Source: Patescibacteria group bacterium
GTDB lineage: Bacteria > Patescibacteriota > Microgenomatia > JACPZF01
DNA: 32,200 bases
Reading direction: 5' to 3'
NCBI GenBank assembly: GCA_023484305.1
Contig: JAMDAL010000001.1
Coordinates: 1 to 32,200, forward strand
Part shown: positions 1-9,267 of the stretch, piece by piece
How the letters are laid out: every line of letters begins with the position of its first letter
How positions within the stretch are numbered: the stretch's first letter is position 1
The notes under the pieces: model-generated
What the model saw: only the letters and a program-made list of their open reading frames with translations
Told to the model about the DNA's origin: nothing
Database searches by the model: none
Program-made: the position numbers and the translations under genes

Positions 1-171
1 GTTTTCTTGATTTCCTTTTTGTTCGGTCTGTTCTCCTAAAACGCGGGTAGAATGTTGGTTTTGAACAACCGTGACTGCCCCTAAGAGAAGAATAGACAAC
101 ATGATTAAAGGAAGTAGATATTTCAACTTTATACTGGTGTCTTTTTTAGTTTTTTTTGAGTCGTCTTTCAT
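1..171 (-). CDS. Membrane-anchored or secreted protein, partial (runs off window start)
   Basis: Manual translation from ATG 171: MKDDSKKTKKDTSIKLKYLLPLIMLSILLLGAVTVVQNQHSTRVLGEQTEQ..., open to base 1. Basic N-terminus plus hydrophobic helix. Candidate promoter TTGACT-17-TAGTCT at 231-203. Confidence 0.65.
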   Translation of the reverse strand, partial: MKDDSKKTKKDTSIKLKYLLPLIMLSILLLGAVTVVQNQHSTRVLGEQTEQKGNQEN

Positions 172-270
172 TAAAGTGGTTTTATAATTGTCCTCTATCT
201 TCAGACTATAAAAGTTTTTACTAAAAGTCAATAGTTTTGATAAGAAGTTCGAGTTTGTTGTAAAGTTGCA

Positions 271-420
271 CGCTTTGAGTATATCCTTAGAAACACTATC
301 CAAACAGCTCTTTACTTAAAAGAGCCAACAATCTTTACGGTCAACAACCTGCTTACGGATCCGGACTTTCAAAAAGAGGCCATGACGTTTACGATGAAAA
401 TCTTAAAAATTTCCGGTCCA
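271..420 (+). pseudogene. Frameshifted fragment of a TraD/VirD4-like (HerA-type) coupling ATPase
   Basis: Frame at 271 reads RFEYILRNTIQTALYLKEPTIFTVNNLLTDPDFQKEAM, then a shifted frame at 390 reads YDENLKNFRS. From memory this resembles the R-x-EYILRNT...LLTD...LKNFW segment of CPR coupling-protein-like ATPases. No start codon; in-frame stop at 241. Confidence 0.55.
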
Positions 421-435
421 TTGTTTTCAATAATA

Positions 436-481
436 TACTCATTTATTTTTCACCGTCATTCCATGGTTGGTTATATATAGT
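436..481 (+). promoter_or_regulatory. Direct-repeat box 1 plus -10
   Basis: CTCAT(438), TTCAC(449), TCCAT(460) at 11-bp period; TATAGT at 476-481. Confidence 0.65.
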
Positions 482-508
482 GAGACTACGAAAGGAGGTG
501 AAAAAAAT

Positions 509-799
509 ATGAACAAACAAAAACTCATTCCGTTTATGGCAGCTGCTTTTGTCCTTCTGGGTGGAGCGGTCACAGGTATGCGTGCACTTGGCCCGTCCAT
601 GGTCCATGCACAAGCGCCGTCAGCTCAAATTAAACAGGCTGCTCCTGAAAAAGGGGAGGTCGTTGAAGTGCAAGGAAAAGAAAGCGCGAAAACCAGTGAA
701 CCGGCCAACGAACAGGCGCAGGAGAAAAACCTAGCAGGAAGCGGTCACCAGGATGCCAACGGCACAAACGTCGACCATCAGTTTGAAGGCGTCGAATAA
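509..799 (+). CDS. Small secreted protein with acidic, His-containing C-terminus (GHQD...VDHQFEGVE)
   Basis: Strong SD AAAGGAGGTG at 491-500 before ATG 509; signal-peptide-like N-terminus; terminator follows. Confidence 0.8.
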   Translation: MNKQKLIPFMAAAFVLLGGAVTGMRALGPSMVHAQAPSAQIKQAAPEKGEVVEVQGKESAKTSEPANEQAQEKNLAGSGHQDANGTNVDHQFEGVE

Positions 800-822
800 G
801 CCTACAGCAGTGGTAATGCTGG

Positions 823-852
823 CAAAACAAGAGGGTAACACCTCTTGTTTTG
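823..852 (+). terminator. Intrinsic terminator hairpin
   Basis: Perfect 12-bp stem CAAAACAAGAGG/CCTCTTGTTTTG, 6-nt loop, T-rich tail. Confidence 0.75.
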
Positions 853-866
853 TTATTATACACCGG

Positions 867-900
867 TTTTCATCGTATTTTCACGCAACATGACGATAAT
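867..900 (+). promoter_or_regulatory. Direct-repeat box 2 plus -10 (leaderless geometry)
   Basis: TTTTCAT-CGTA-TTTTCAC; GATAAT at 895-900, 6 nt before ATG 907. Confidence 0.65.
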
Positions 901-906
901 TAAAAA

Positions 907-1986
907 ATGAGAGGAAATTCATATAAACATAGACAAAAATCAATTGTTATCTTTACGGCTTTTTTAATATTCAGTTTTTGCATCCTTTCTTTGGTTTTTA
1001 GCGACCAAGCAAAAGCTCTTATCGCCGATAATATGCTGCGCCCGTTTATTGGCAACACAAAAACAGTCACCATAGAAGCCGCATATTTGAATGCGGTTGA
1101 CAAAACCAAGACGTTAAAAAACGGTTTACTTAACACCAAGGCAGAAAGTGCAAGGATTATAAATCCTGCTCAAACATATGGTTCGTCACATTTTGGGTTG
1201 GATAACATCCGCCCACTTTTAACAGATTACCCTGTACAAGGAGAGGGCGTATGGGATACGGTAAAAACGCATGCGGGCACAATATTATTAGCAAAAACAT
1301 TTCTGCGGGTAGATCCCCATAGGCCAACAAGCGAAGTTACCATAGTCAAGATGAATATGAATGAACTTTACCTTCATCTGGCCCCCGAAAAAGGAAAAAT
1401 TCCATCCACGATAATTAGAAACGGCAAGCTTATTGCGGCATTTAATGGCGGCTTTCAACAAAAAGACGGCCATTACGGATTTGTCATCGACAATCGAACA
1501 TATCTTCCTCTCAAAAACAATCTGGCGACCCTAGTTATTCCTTACCACGGCCAGCCCAGGATAATACAGTTTAACGGGCAACGTTTAAATCCAAACGAAA
1601 TCGAAGCCATACGGCAGAACTGTCCTATGCTTATTGAAAATGCCGTTATAACAACCAATCTTCCCGCCTGGAATACGGAGTCGTGGGGATTAACCATAAC
1701 CAACTCGATGTTTACCTGGCGTTCGGGATTAGGAGTAACCAGGAATGGAAATCTTATCTATGCGGCAGGACCGTCCCTTACCCCCAAAACCCTGGCAATA
1801 GCGCTTCAAAAAGCCGGGGCAATCAATGCCATGCAATTAGATATCAATTTCCCCTGGACCAGATATTCTGTCTTTACGTACAGAAAAGGCGTTATACATG
1901 GTAAACCGGTAAATTGGCAAATGGAGCCGAACCAACGGTATTTTACCGGATACAACAAAGATTTTTTCTATGTAACGAGAAAGTAA
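907..1986 (+). CDS. Phosphodiester glycosidase (NAGPA/DUF2233-like) family protein, membrane anchored
   Basis: N-terminal TM; motifs AAFNGGF, WRSGLG, AMQLDIN. Confidence 0.75.
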   Translation: MRGNSYKHRQKSIVIFTAFLIFSFCILSLVFSDQAKALIADNMLRPFIGNTKTVTIEAAYLNAVDKTKTLKNGLLNTKAESARIINPAQTYGSSHFGLDNIRPLLTDYPVQGEGVWDTVKTHAGTILLAKTFLRVDPHRPTSEVTIVKMNMNELYLHLAPEKGKIPSTIIRNGKLIAAFNGGFQQKDGHYGFVIDNRTYLPLKNNLATLVIPYHGQPRIIQFNGQRLNPNEIEAIRQNCPMLIENAVITTNLPAWNTESWGLTITNSMFTWRSGLGVTRNGNLIYAAGPSLTPKTLAIALQKAGAINAMQLDINFPWTRYSVFTYRKGVIHGKPVNWQMEPNQRYFTGYNKDFFYVTRK

Positions 1987-2004
1987 ACCTGTATATGAGC
2001 CTTA

Positions 2005-2039
2005 TTCTCATTATATTCCCATGTCCATAGCACTACACT
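2005..2039 (+). promoter_or_regulatory. Direct-repeat box 3 plus -10
   Basis: TTCTCAT-TATA-TTCCCAT; TACACT at 2034-2039. Confidence 0.7.
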
Positions 2040-2051
2040 ATTCACAATGAT

Positions 2052-3281
2052 ATGCACACCATAATGCAAAAGAAATCAATCCTATTTATCGGTATCACAG
2101 TGTTGATTGGAATAATCATCTATTTGCTTTGGTTAACCTTTCAGCCAGCTAATTCAGCCGTTTCTTTTCAAACAGCATCTGTAAAAAAAGGGAATCTGCT
2201 TGTTACCGTTTCTGCTTCCGGTTCCGTTGTTTCCGGCGGGAACACGAATGCAATAACACAAGCCAGTGGCACAGTAATACATATATATGTTACAGAAGGG
2301 CAGAATGTGCATACAGGAGATAAGGTAGCCGAGATACAGCTTGATTCACAAGGGATACAGAATAGGGATAAATTATGGAGTACCTATTTAACGGCAAAAG
2401 CGGCGGTGGACAGCGCAAAAGCAAAACAATACGCGCTGCAGGCGCAAATGTTTTTGGACAACCAGACATTCATGAACGGGGCGGTAGCAAGCCACTTTCC
2501 TTCGTACAACCCCACCTATGCGCAGCAAAATGCCCAGTGGTTATCCAGCGAAGCGCAGTATAAAAACCAAGAGACCGTTATTCAACAGACAGAAGCAGAT
2601 CTTGCCACCGCGTGGCGTGATTATCAAAATGTAACCGGAATAATCACCGCTCCTATAAGTGGAACTGTTGTTGGTCTAAAAGCGGTTGCCGGTATGCCGA
2701 TTACCGGCAGTATCGGAGCAAATTCAGCTCCTGTGGTTATTGCTACAATCCAATCCGAAAAGCAGGTATTCGGGCAGTTTCAGGTATCAGAGATGGATAT
2801 GTCAAAGGTCAAAGTCGGACAAAAGGCACAGCTATCGATCCCCGCTATCCCCGGAAAAACATTTACCGGGACCGTTGTTGCAATTGATACAACAGGCTTA
2901 GCAAAATCAGGAGTTATCCATTTTCCGGTTACCGTTACCATAGATAATCCGACGCCCGAGCTTTTGACCAATATGTCTGCTGACGTAAAGATTATTCTTT
3001 CGGAAAAAGATCATGTACTTCTTTTGCCTTCCAGCGCCATACAAGATACCAATGGGACTTCTGTCGTTCAGGTTATTAAAAATGGGAAAGTCTTCCCGGT
3101 TCCGGTACAGGTTGGCCTTTCAAACGATACACAAACAGAAATTCTTTCCGGTCTTTCACAAAACGATATGGTGGTGACAGGAACGCAAGCAAATCAAATA
3201 CCACAAAATGGGATAACGTCGCCTTTTGGCGGACTATCCAGCCCGGGAAACCTGGCTGCCCCGGGAGGCGGGAATAATTAA
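2052..3281 (+). CDS. Efflux membrane fusion protein (MacA-like adaptor)
   Basis: N-terminal TM; lipoyl motifs (SGTV..IYVTEGQNV, ITAPISGTV); VSEMDMSKVKVGQ; VGLSND; upstream of an ABC ATPase and permease. Confidence 0.9.
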   Translation: MHTIMQKKSILFIGITVLIGIIIYLLWLTFQPANSAVSFQTASVKKGNLLVTVSASGSVVSGGNTNAITQASGTVIHIYVTEGQNVHTGDKVAEIQLDSQGIQNRDKLWSTYLTAKAAVDSAKAKQYALQAQMFLDNQTFMNGAVASHFPSYNPTYAQQNAQWLSSEAQYKNQETVIQQTEADLATAWRDYQNVTGIITAPISGTVVGLKAVAGMPITGSIGANSAPVVIATIQSEKQVFGQFQVSEMDMSKVKVGQKAQLSIPAIPGKTFTGTVVAIDTTGLAKSGVIHFPVTVTIDNPTPELLTNMSADVKIILSEKDHVLLLPSSAIQDTNGTSVVQVIKNGKVFPVPVQVGLSNDTQTEILSGLSQNDMVVTGTQANQIPQNGITSPFGGLSSPGNLAAPGGGNN

Positions 3282-3289
3282 TAATATCT

Positions 3290-3976
3290 ATGATTCAAAT
3301 AAAAAATATTACAAAAGTTTATAAAACCGGCACAACTGATACAGTCGTTTTAAATAACGTTTCTTTCCATGTAGAGTCCGGTGACTATGTGGCGGTCATG
3401 GGGCCATCAGGAAGCGGAAAGTCAACACTTATGCATATTTTAGGACTATTGGATAGTCCTACGTCCGGGACATATGAGCTGGATAAGAAAAATGTGGCAG
3501 CATTTTCAAAGTATGAGCTGGCAAAACTAAGAAACAGAAAGATCGGTTTTGTTTTTCAGGCTTTTAATCTTCTTCCGAGGGCAAGTGCCTTGAAAAACGT
3601 GATGCTTCCCATGCTTTATGGAGGAGTAGAAGAGAAAGAACGGCAAAAACAGGCGGCGGCACTTCTAACCCGCATCGGTCTGGAAAACCGCTTGCTTAAT
3701 ACCAGTAACGAACTCTCAGGTGGAGAAATGCAGCGGGTGGCCATTGCGCGGGCGCTGGCTATGAATCCGGATATTCTTCTGGCCGATGAACCAACTGGCA
3801 ACATTTCCACGCAACAGGGAAAAGAAATTATGGAAATATTCAATACGCTTAATGGTCAAGGTCACACCATCATTATCATTACCCATGACGCGCTTATTGC
3901 CCATTATGCAAAAAGGATTATTAAACTTCAGGACGGGAAAATTATCTATGACGGGAAACGAAGAGGAATTCTATGA
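3290..3976 (+). CDS. ABC transporter ATP-binding protein (MacB/LolD type)
   Basis: Walker A GPSGSGKST, IGFVFQAFNL, LSGGEMQRV, LLADEPTGN. Confidence 0.95.
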   Translation: MIQIKNITKVYKTGTTDTVVLNNVSFHVESGDYVAVMGPSGSGKSTLMHILGLLDSPTSGTYELDKKNVAAFSKYELAKLRNRKIGFVFQAFNLLPRASALKNVMLPMLYGGVEEKERQKQAAALLTRIGLENRLLNTSNELSGGEMQRVAIARALAMNPDILLADEPTGNISTQQGKEIMEIFNTLNGQGHTIIIITHDALIAHYAKRIIKLQDGKIIYDGKRRGIL

Positions 3977-5181
3977 ACATATCTGACCTTATTGCTATCG
4001 CTTCAGAGGCTTTAACCCTTAATAAACTGCGGTCGTTTTTGGCGACGCTCGGGATCATTATCGGCATTGCTTCGGTCATTGCTCTACTCTCTTTGGGAGA
4101 AGGCAGTAAGCAGGCTATAAAATTGGAGGTAAACTCTCTGGGAGCAAATTTACTGACGATCATTCCGGGCGGCACGCTGCAACTGCCAGGGAGCAGCACA
4201 AGCCTTACTCTTTCCGATGCAAAGGCAATACAAAATGATTCTTCCATACGACGTTTTGTCTCCAACGTTTCTCCTGAGTTTTCTCAAGATACGAATGTGG
4301 CAAGCTCCCGGACATATATTGGCACGACCGTATTGGGGGTAATGCCCGATTACCAATTTGTGCATATGGTCGGCATGCAACAAGGCGCGTTTTTGACTCA
4401 AAGTGACGAAAAACAGCTGGGAAAGGTGGCGGTTATTGGTCCACAGGTTGCCTCATCTCTTTTTGCAAACGCTAATCCCATAGGTCAGACAGTTCATATT
4501 AACGACACACCGTTTACCGTAATCGGCGTTACCCAGTCAAAAGGCGGTAATATAGCACAGTACCAGGATAATTTAGTATATATCCCTCTTTCAGTTGCAG
4601 AATATGAGGTTTTTGGCATCCATTACTTAAACGCAATTTCCGTATCGGTGAAAAACGCTAAAGTTATGACGGAAGCTCAAAACGCCCTCGGATATTTCTT
4701 GCTGGCGCGCCACCATATCATAAATCTGACTTTCGCGGATTTTTCAATTATTTCGCAAAAAGACGTTTTGCACGTAGCCTCACAAACATCGCAAACCCTG
4801 ACGTCTCTTTTAGGCGGCATAGCTGGAATTTCTTTAGTGGTTGGGGGAATTGGCATTATGAATATCATGCTTATGGCGGTGATTGAACGGACACGGGAAA
4901 TCGGGCTTCGAAAAGCGTTGGGGGCAACAGAGAGTGAAATCATCTTTCAATTTTTGTCGGAGACCGTAATTTTGACATTTTTAGGAGGAATATCGGGTAT
5001 GGTCATTGGCGTTTTAACCACAACAGCAATTTCGTTTTTCCTTCAGACCTTATTGGTTATTTCTCTATCTGGAATTATTCTTTCGCTTGGAGTTTCATGT
5101 TTCATGGGCATTGTTTTTGGATTATACCCGGCATATAAGGCGGCGGCACTTTCGCCAATTGAGGCGTTGCGGTATGAATAG
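3973..5181 (+). CDS. ABC transporter permease (MacB/FtsX type)
   Basis: RSFLATLGIIIGIASV, SLVVGGIGIMNIM, ERTREIGLRKALGA, PIEALRYE; ATGA overlap with the ATPase. Confidence 0.95.
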   Translation: MNISDLIAIASEALTLNKLRSFLATLGIIIGIASVIALLSLGEGSKQAIKLEVNSLGANLLTIIPGGTLQLPGSSTSLTLSDAKAIQNDSSIRRFVSNVSPEFSQDTNVASSRTYIGTTVLGVMPDYQFVHMVGMQQGAFLTQSDEKQLGKVAVIGPQVASSLFANANPIGQTVHINDTPFTVIGVTQSKGGNIAQYQDNLVYIPLSVAEYEVFGIHYLNAISVSVKNAKVMTEAQNALGYFLLARHHIINLTFADFSIISQKDVLHVASQTSQTLTSLLGGIAGISLVVGGIGIMNIMLMAVIERTREIGLRKALGATESEIIFQFLSETVILTFLGGISGMVIGVLTTTAISFFLQTLLVISLSGIILSLGVSCFMGIVFGLYPAYKAAALSPIEALRYE

Positions 5182-5213
5182 TTACAATTTTTATTTGAAT
5201 GGAGGTGACGGAA

Positions 5214-5438
5214 ATGAAAAATAAAACAATCTTTATTATTTTTGTTGGTGCTTTACTTCTTATCATAGTTATATTAGGAGGCCGGCTTTTTTTAAAAAGG
5301 CAAAATCAAACAGTGGCTCAACCAGTTAAAGCAACCCAACAGCAAACAAACGATAATAGTCAACAAGGAGGTCCTGATGTTCCTGGACAAGGGGGAGCAG
5401 GCGAAGGGGCAGGCGCGGGTGCGGGAGGAAATAACTAA
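5214..5438 (+). CDS. Small single-pass membrane protein with Gln/Gly-rich tail
   Basis: SD GGAGGTG before ATG 5214; hydrophobic N-terminus. Confidence 0.7.
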   Translation: MKNKTIFIIFVGALLLIIVILGGRLFLKRQNQTVAQPVKATQQQTNDNSQQGGPDVPGQGGAGEGAGAGAGGNN

Positions 5439-5439
5439 G

Positions 5440-5610
5440 TGATTTTTGATGTATTCCGGCCAAAACCCGGGAGAATCCAACTATAAACGAAATAACTGCA
5501 AAAAGTATTCCAAATTTGCGGTTATACACGAACACCACTGAAGCGATGACCATAGTGAGCCAGGTATGGTCAAAAGGGAATCCATTATCTGCAACGTGAT
5601 ATAACAAGCA
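5440..5610 (-). pseudogene. Remnant of a PAP2 (BcrC-like) phosphatase
   Basis: HVADNGFPFDH (canonical FPSDH/FPSGH) and SRVLAGIH; N-terminal half and the C-terminal HxxxD continuation are missing. Confidence 0.7.
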
Positions 5611-5622
5611 AGGAAATCATAT

Positions 5623-6627
5623 ATGAAAGCATTGTTGTCACTATTTCTTTTGTTTTTCAGTACGTTATTTGGTCCACACCACACTGTTGTACCAACTCCA
5701 TCTCCTGCGCCTCGCATGACTCAAACCTGTCCAACCGGATACATTCTTGTTCCTGGGAATACGTATTTCCATACCGCTGACTTTTGTGTGATGAAATACG
5801 ATGCAAAATGTACCAACGCTGATCCGAAATGTGTTACTTATGAAGGAGTTTACCGGAATGATGCTCCCGGATGTCGTTGTGACGGAAATTATCGTGTGGT
5901 ATCCACACCAAATGGAGCACCAATCACCTATATTCCGGAAGCCAATGGTACTAATATTTCAGCCAAAAAGTATTGCGAGCGTTCTGGGGGACATTTGATC
6001 ACAAATCCCGAATGGATGACGATAGGCAGAAATGTGGAACAGGTAGCTAATAACTGGTGTAATAAGGACGGAACCGGGTGTGAAAATTCTCCTGGAGCTC
6101 CCGGCAAAATTTTAGCGAATGGTCACAATGACAGTATTCCTTACCGAGCCCTTCAGGCGGGAAACGATAGTCAACCCTGTTTTGGGACGACCGCCGATGG
6201 AAGTAACATCTGTGGTGGAGTCTCTTCACAAAAAAGAACGTTACAGATATCCAACGGAAATATCATCTGGGATTTTGCCGGAAATGTGTGGCAGTGGATT
6301 GACGTTACTATTCCTCTAAAAGATGAACCACTCTCACTGAATGCTAAAAACAAGTTTGCACAATGGGTTTGGGAGGAATTCCAATCAGTGCCATACGATC
6401 CAAATAATATGCCCTCAAATCCCAACTGGAATTCAGCCCAGGGTGTCGGAAGAGTTTTCCATTATAGTTATTATGGAAATATAGATCCAACTCTCTATAC
6501 TTTTATTCGTGCTGGAAACTGGAGACACGGTTACGACAGCGGTGCCTTTACTTATCACGAACAACCTGTTCCCAGTAAAACCGGAATAGATGATGTGGGG
6601 TTTAGGTGTATCATGTCTCCTTCCTAA
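5623..6627 (+). CDS. Secreted Cys-rich FGE-sulfatase/C-type-lectin-fold protein
   Basis: Signal peptide; CPTGYILVPG, FCVMKYDAK, LITNPEW, DFAGNVWQW, RAGNW, terminal GFRC. Confidence 0.8.
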   Translation: MKALLSLFLLFFSTLFGPHHTVVPTPSPAPRMTQTCPTGYILVPGNTYFHTADFCVMKYDAKCTNADPKCVTYEGVYRNDAPGCRCDGNYRVVSTPNGAPITYIPEANGTNISAKKYCERSGGHLITNPEWMTIGRNVEQVANNWCNKDGTGCENSPGAPGKILANGHNDSIPYRALQAGNDSQPCFGTTADGSNICGGVSSQKRTLQISNGNIIWDFAGNVWQWIDVTIPLKDEPLSLNAKNKFAQWVWEEFQSVPYDPNNMPSNPNWNSAQGVGRVFHYSYYGNIDPTLYTFIRAGNWRHGYDSGAFTYHEQPVPSKTGIDDVGFRCIMSPS

Positions 6628-6657
6628 TTCTTATCGTATGAAGTTTATTATCAGTAT

Positions 6658-7272
6658 TTAATCTTTTGTTTCCGCACCGCCTGCGGCTTTGGTTACTTGT
6701 GCCGTCTGTATGGCGTAATCAGGAGTACTGACTATAACAGTAAACTGTAGCTTGTTACTTGAAGTAAAGTAGAGACTGTGGGTATTGACCGTAAAGTGAT
6801 CGGCGCCGGATTTATTGTCAAAATGGATGGTCTGCGTTTTTCCAGCGGGTAATACAAAGTCGCTTAATTTCTTGTAATATCCTTCTTTTTTGTTGGTGAC
6901 CGTATCAGTAAGCGTGTAATATACTTCAAATGACGTCAGGTCTTTTGAGGTAAGATTTTGCAAGGTTAATTGTAAATGATCATTCACCGGATTTCCTGCT
7001 GCGTCCGTGTTATTTTCTACCACAAGCGAGGTGATTTTAAATCCCGGTGCTGTTGCGGTATTTTTAATAGGATTTGGGTAGAGCCCAGGGACGACATCCT
7101 GCGGATCTTGGGATGCTGTTTGAATACTGGGTATTTGAGAAGGTGTAGTTTGAGTAGTAGGCGTTGTCGAAAGTGGCGCTACGGTTTTTTTGGGAGATGG
7201 GGTTCCTGACACAAGATATATCGTTACAATAAACGCTAACGCGACGCCCCCAAGAATAATAAATTTATTCAT
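6658..7272 (-). CDS. Membrane-anchored extracellular protein (Thr/Pro linker plus beta-rich domain), probably accessory to the ABC exporter
   Basis: 204-aa ORF with N-terminal TM; own promoter box. Confidence 0.8.
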   Translation of the reverse strand: MNKFIILGGVALAFIVTIYLVSGTPSPKKTVAPLSTTPTTQTTPSQIPSIQTASQDPQDVVPGLYPNPIKNTATAPGFKITSLVVENNTDAAGNPVNDHLQLTLQNLTSKDLTSFEVYYTLTDTVTNKKEGYYKKLSDFVLPAGKTQTIHFDNKSGADHFTVNTHSLYFTSSNKLQFTVIVSTPDYAIQTAQVTKAAGGAETKD

Positions 7273-7283
7273 ATGCTTACTTT

Positions 7284-7318
7284 ACTATAAAATATCCGTC
7301 ATGGGAATAACATGAAAA
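7284..7318 (-). promoter_or_regulatory. Direct-repeat box 4 plus -10
   Basis: Minus strand TTTTCAT-GTTA-TTCCCAT, 11 nt, then TATAGT (7289-7284). Confidence 0.7.
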
Positions 7319-7321
7319 TGA

Positions 7322-8302
7322 CTATGTCGTCCTTTCTAGAATTCGTTTATTACTAAATACCGCAAAGGACAATAAAATACCCCCGGTGTAGTAACCAATT
7401 ATCCATACGAGATCGCCCCATTTGTCCTGAAAGATTACGGATAGATTTTTGTCATTGTACATGGTCTTAATTCCTAATGTTGCAAATGCAAGTCGCTCAT
7501 AATGTTTCTCAACCGAACTTTCCTCCAAGGCATTTCGAAGTGTTTCATAGGTTTTAAATTTTGTGATAACCCCTTGTTGCTGGGTTTTGGTCATATGCAT
7601 GCTATTAAAAAATCCTCCGGGAATTTGGTTATCAGGATCCATAGTATCGCCGATTTGCGGGATAACAAGAACGATCAGTAACCATATAACAAATCCAACA
7701 ATAAGCGCATTCGGAAGATTTTTGAAAAGAAGCGACAATAACGCCGAAAGACTATAGAAAAACATGAGATAGATATAGGAAAAGATAAATGCCAGAAAAA
7801 GTTTTACGAGTTCTAGAGGTAAAAACACCACGTGTCCGACGCCGGTAATGGCAATCATTATAAAAAGGACAATCAATCCAAGTAGTGAGGCGAGTAATAA
7901 GCTGTTTCCCAGGATTTTGCCAAAGATGAATGATAACTTGCTCACCGGCCGACTCAATAAAAGTTGCAGAGTATTATTCCCTTTTTCCTTGGCAATACTA
8001 ATGTAACCCAGGATAATACCAATAATGGCACCGATGATTTCAAGGTACTCAATGGTGCCACGAAGCATCTGGAGGGGAAAATATTGTGGTTTTTCCAAAA
8101 CCGCCCCTGTTTGACCTAAAGCATGGAGCTGCGCGATAGCCGCATTATATTGCGCCACCTGTGACTGAAAATTAAATCCGGCTACCAGAAGCGAAACCGC
8201 AGTCAAAAACAGGAGAAAAACGACGAGCGTTACAAACAATACGTTTTTTATGGCATCGCTATATTCTTTTTTGGCGATAATCCAAACCGCTCTGTTATTC
8301 AT
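7322..8302 (-). CDS. ABC-2 type permease (NosY-like)
   Basis: IAKKEY, GYISIAKEKGNNTLQLLLSRPVS, GKILG; start MNNRAV overlaps the upstream stop. Confidence 0.85.
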   Translation of the reverse strand: MNNRAVWIIAKKEYSDAIKNVLFVTLVVFLLFLTAVSLLVAGFNFQSQVAQYNAAIAQLHALGQTGAVLEKPQYFPLQMLRGTIEYLEIIGAIIGIILGYISIAKEKGNNTLQLLLSRPVSKLSFIFGKILGNSLLLASLLGLIVLFIMIAITGVGHVVFLPLELVKLFLAFIFSYIYLMFFYSLSALLSLLFKNLPNALIVGFVIWLLIVLVIPQIGDTMDPDNQIPGGFFNSMHMTKTQQQGVITKFKTYETLRNALEESSVEKHYERLAFATLGIKTMYNDKNLSVIFQDKWGDLVWIIGYYTGGILLSFAVFSNKRILERTT

Positions 8303-9251
8303 AGATTTTGTCATTGGTGACGGCATACCGTACGAATGCATAAAAACTTAGTACCATAACTAGGAGATAATACAAAAGGAGCAAAAGAACCGACGAAGCA
8401 TTTTTAATAATCGTGGTAGAAAGAGGAAGAGATTGAAACTGTTTTTGCGTTTCCAAAAGAGACTGTGCAAGTGCGGTATATTGCTGTTCGATAGAAATAG
8501 GTGCAAGAGCCGTGTGCATGAGCGTAAAAAAGGGACCCGTAGGAGTGACAACCGCAATATTGGTTGGGTTTAACAAAGCAACTGGATTTTGGCCCGTAGT
8601 AAGTTCAGGGAAAATGAAGGTAACTGCAATCCAAACAATAACCGGCACCAGTAATGCGAGCGACTCCGTATCAAAAACAATTGCCGCCCAGAGGCCGATC
8701 ATGGCAAAGATGAGCATATAAAAAAACGAAACAAAATAAAACAAAGCTAACTTCTCTGTTTCCAGAAGTGACAATTGTTGATGAGGGATAAAATATGAAG
8801 AAATAACGCTGATGAGAAACGTGATGAGGACAATTGAAAAAAGGGCGATAGTAATCCCTATGATTTTCCCGAGGATGAAAGTTTTTTTTTCGACTGGTTT
8901 GGAAAAAATTAACTGGATGACTCTTGATTTTCGTTCCCTGATGAATGCTCGATGTCCCATGACAATTGCCATGAGCGAACCGATCAGAAAAATATAGATA
9001 ATCATATTACGGAAAATGGCAAGAGCCGGAATCCCGATAAACGGATTAGGAGGAATCTGGGTTACCCCCGCATGTTGTAAACTCAGAACGGATGCTTTAT
9101 AGATGGCCAGAATGGTAGTTTTTGTGGTCCAGCCAATATAGCTTGAAAATAAGGTCATTAAAAGGAATACTCCCAAAAGAAGAATAAAGGTGCGTTCGCG
9201 GATCAAGACGCGAAGTTCGTTTGCGACAATAGCTGAAAGTTGTTTTGCCAT
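8295..9251 (-). CDS. ABC-2 type permease (NosY-like), paralogue
   Basis: GHRAFIRERKSRVIQLIFSKPV, GKIIG; multiple TMs. Confidence 0.85.
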   Translation of the reverse strand: MAKQLSAIVANELRVLIRERTFILLLGVFLLMTLFSSYIGWTTKTTILAIYKASVLSLQHAGVTQIPPNPFIGIPALAIFRNMIIYIFLIGSLMAIVMGHRAFIRERKSRVIQLIFSKPVEKKTFILGKIIGITIALFSIVLITFLISVISSYFIPHQQLSLLETEKLALFYFVSFFYMLIFAMIGLWAAIVFDTESLALLVPVIVWIAVTFIFPELTTGQNPVALLNPTNIAVVTPTGPFFTLMHTALAPISIEQQYTALAQSLLETQKQFQSLPLSTTIIKNASSVLLLLLYYLLVMVLSFYAFVRYAVTNDKIYE

Positions 9252-9267
9252 AGCATATATTTTGTGA

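Noticed and set aside
5570-5605. Sixth direct-repeat box upstream of the FGE-fold gene
   Set aside because: Only one half-site (TCCAT) and no correctly spaced -10.
6500-6627. Diversity-generating retroelement
   Set aside because: No template repeat, reverse transcriptase or Avd gene visible in the window.
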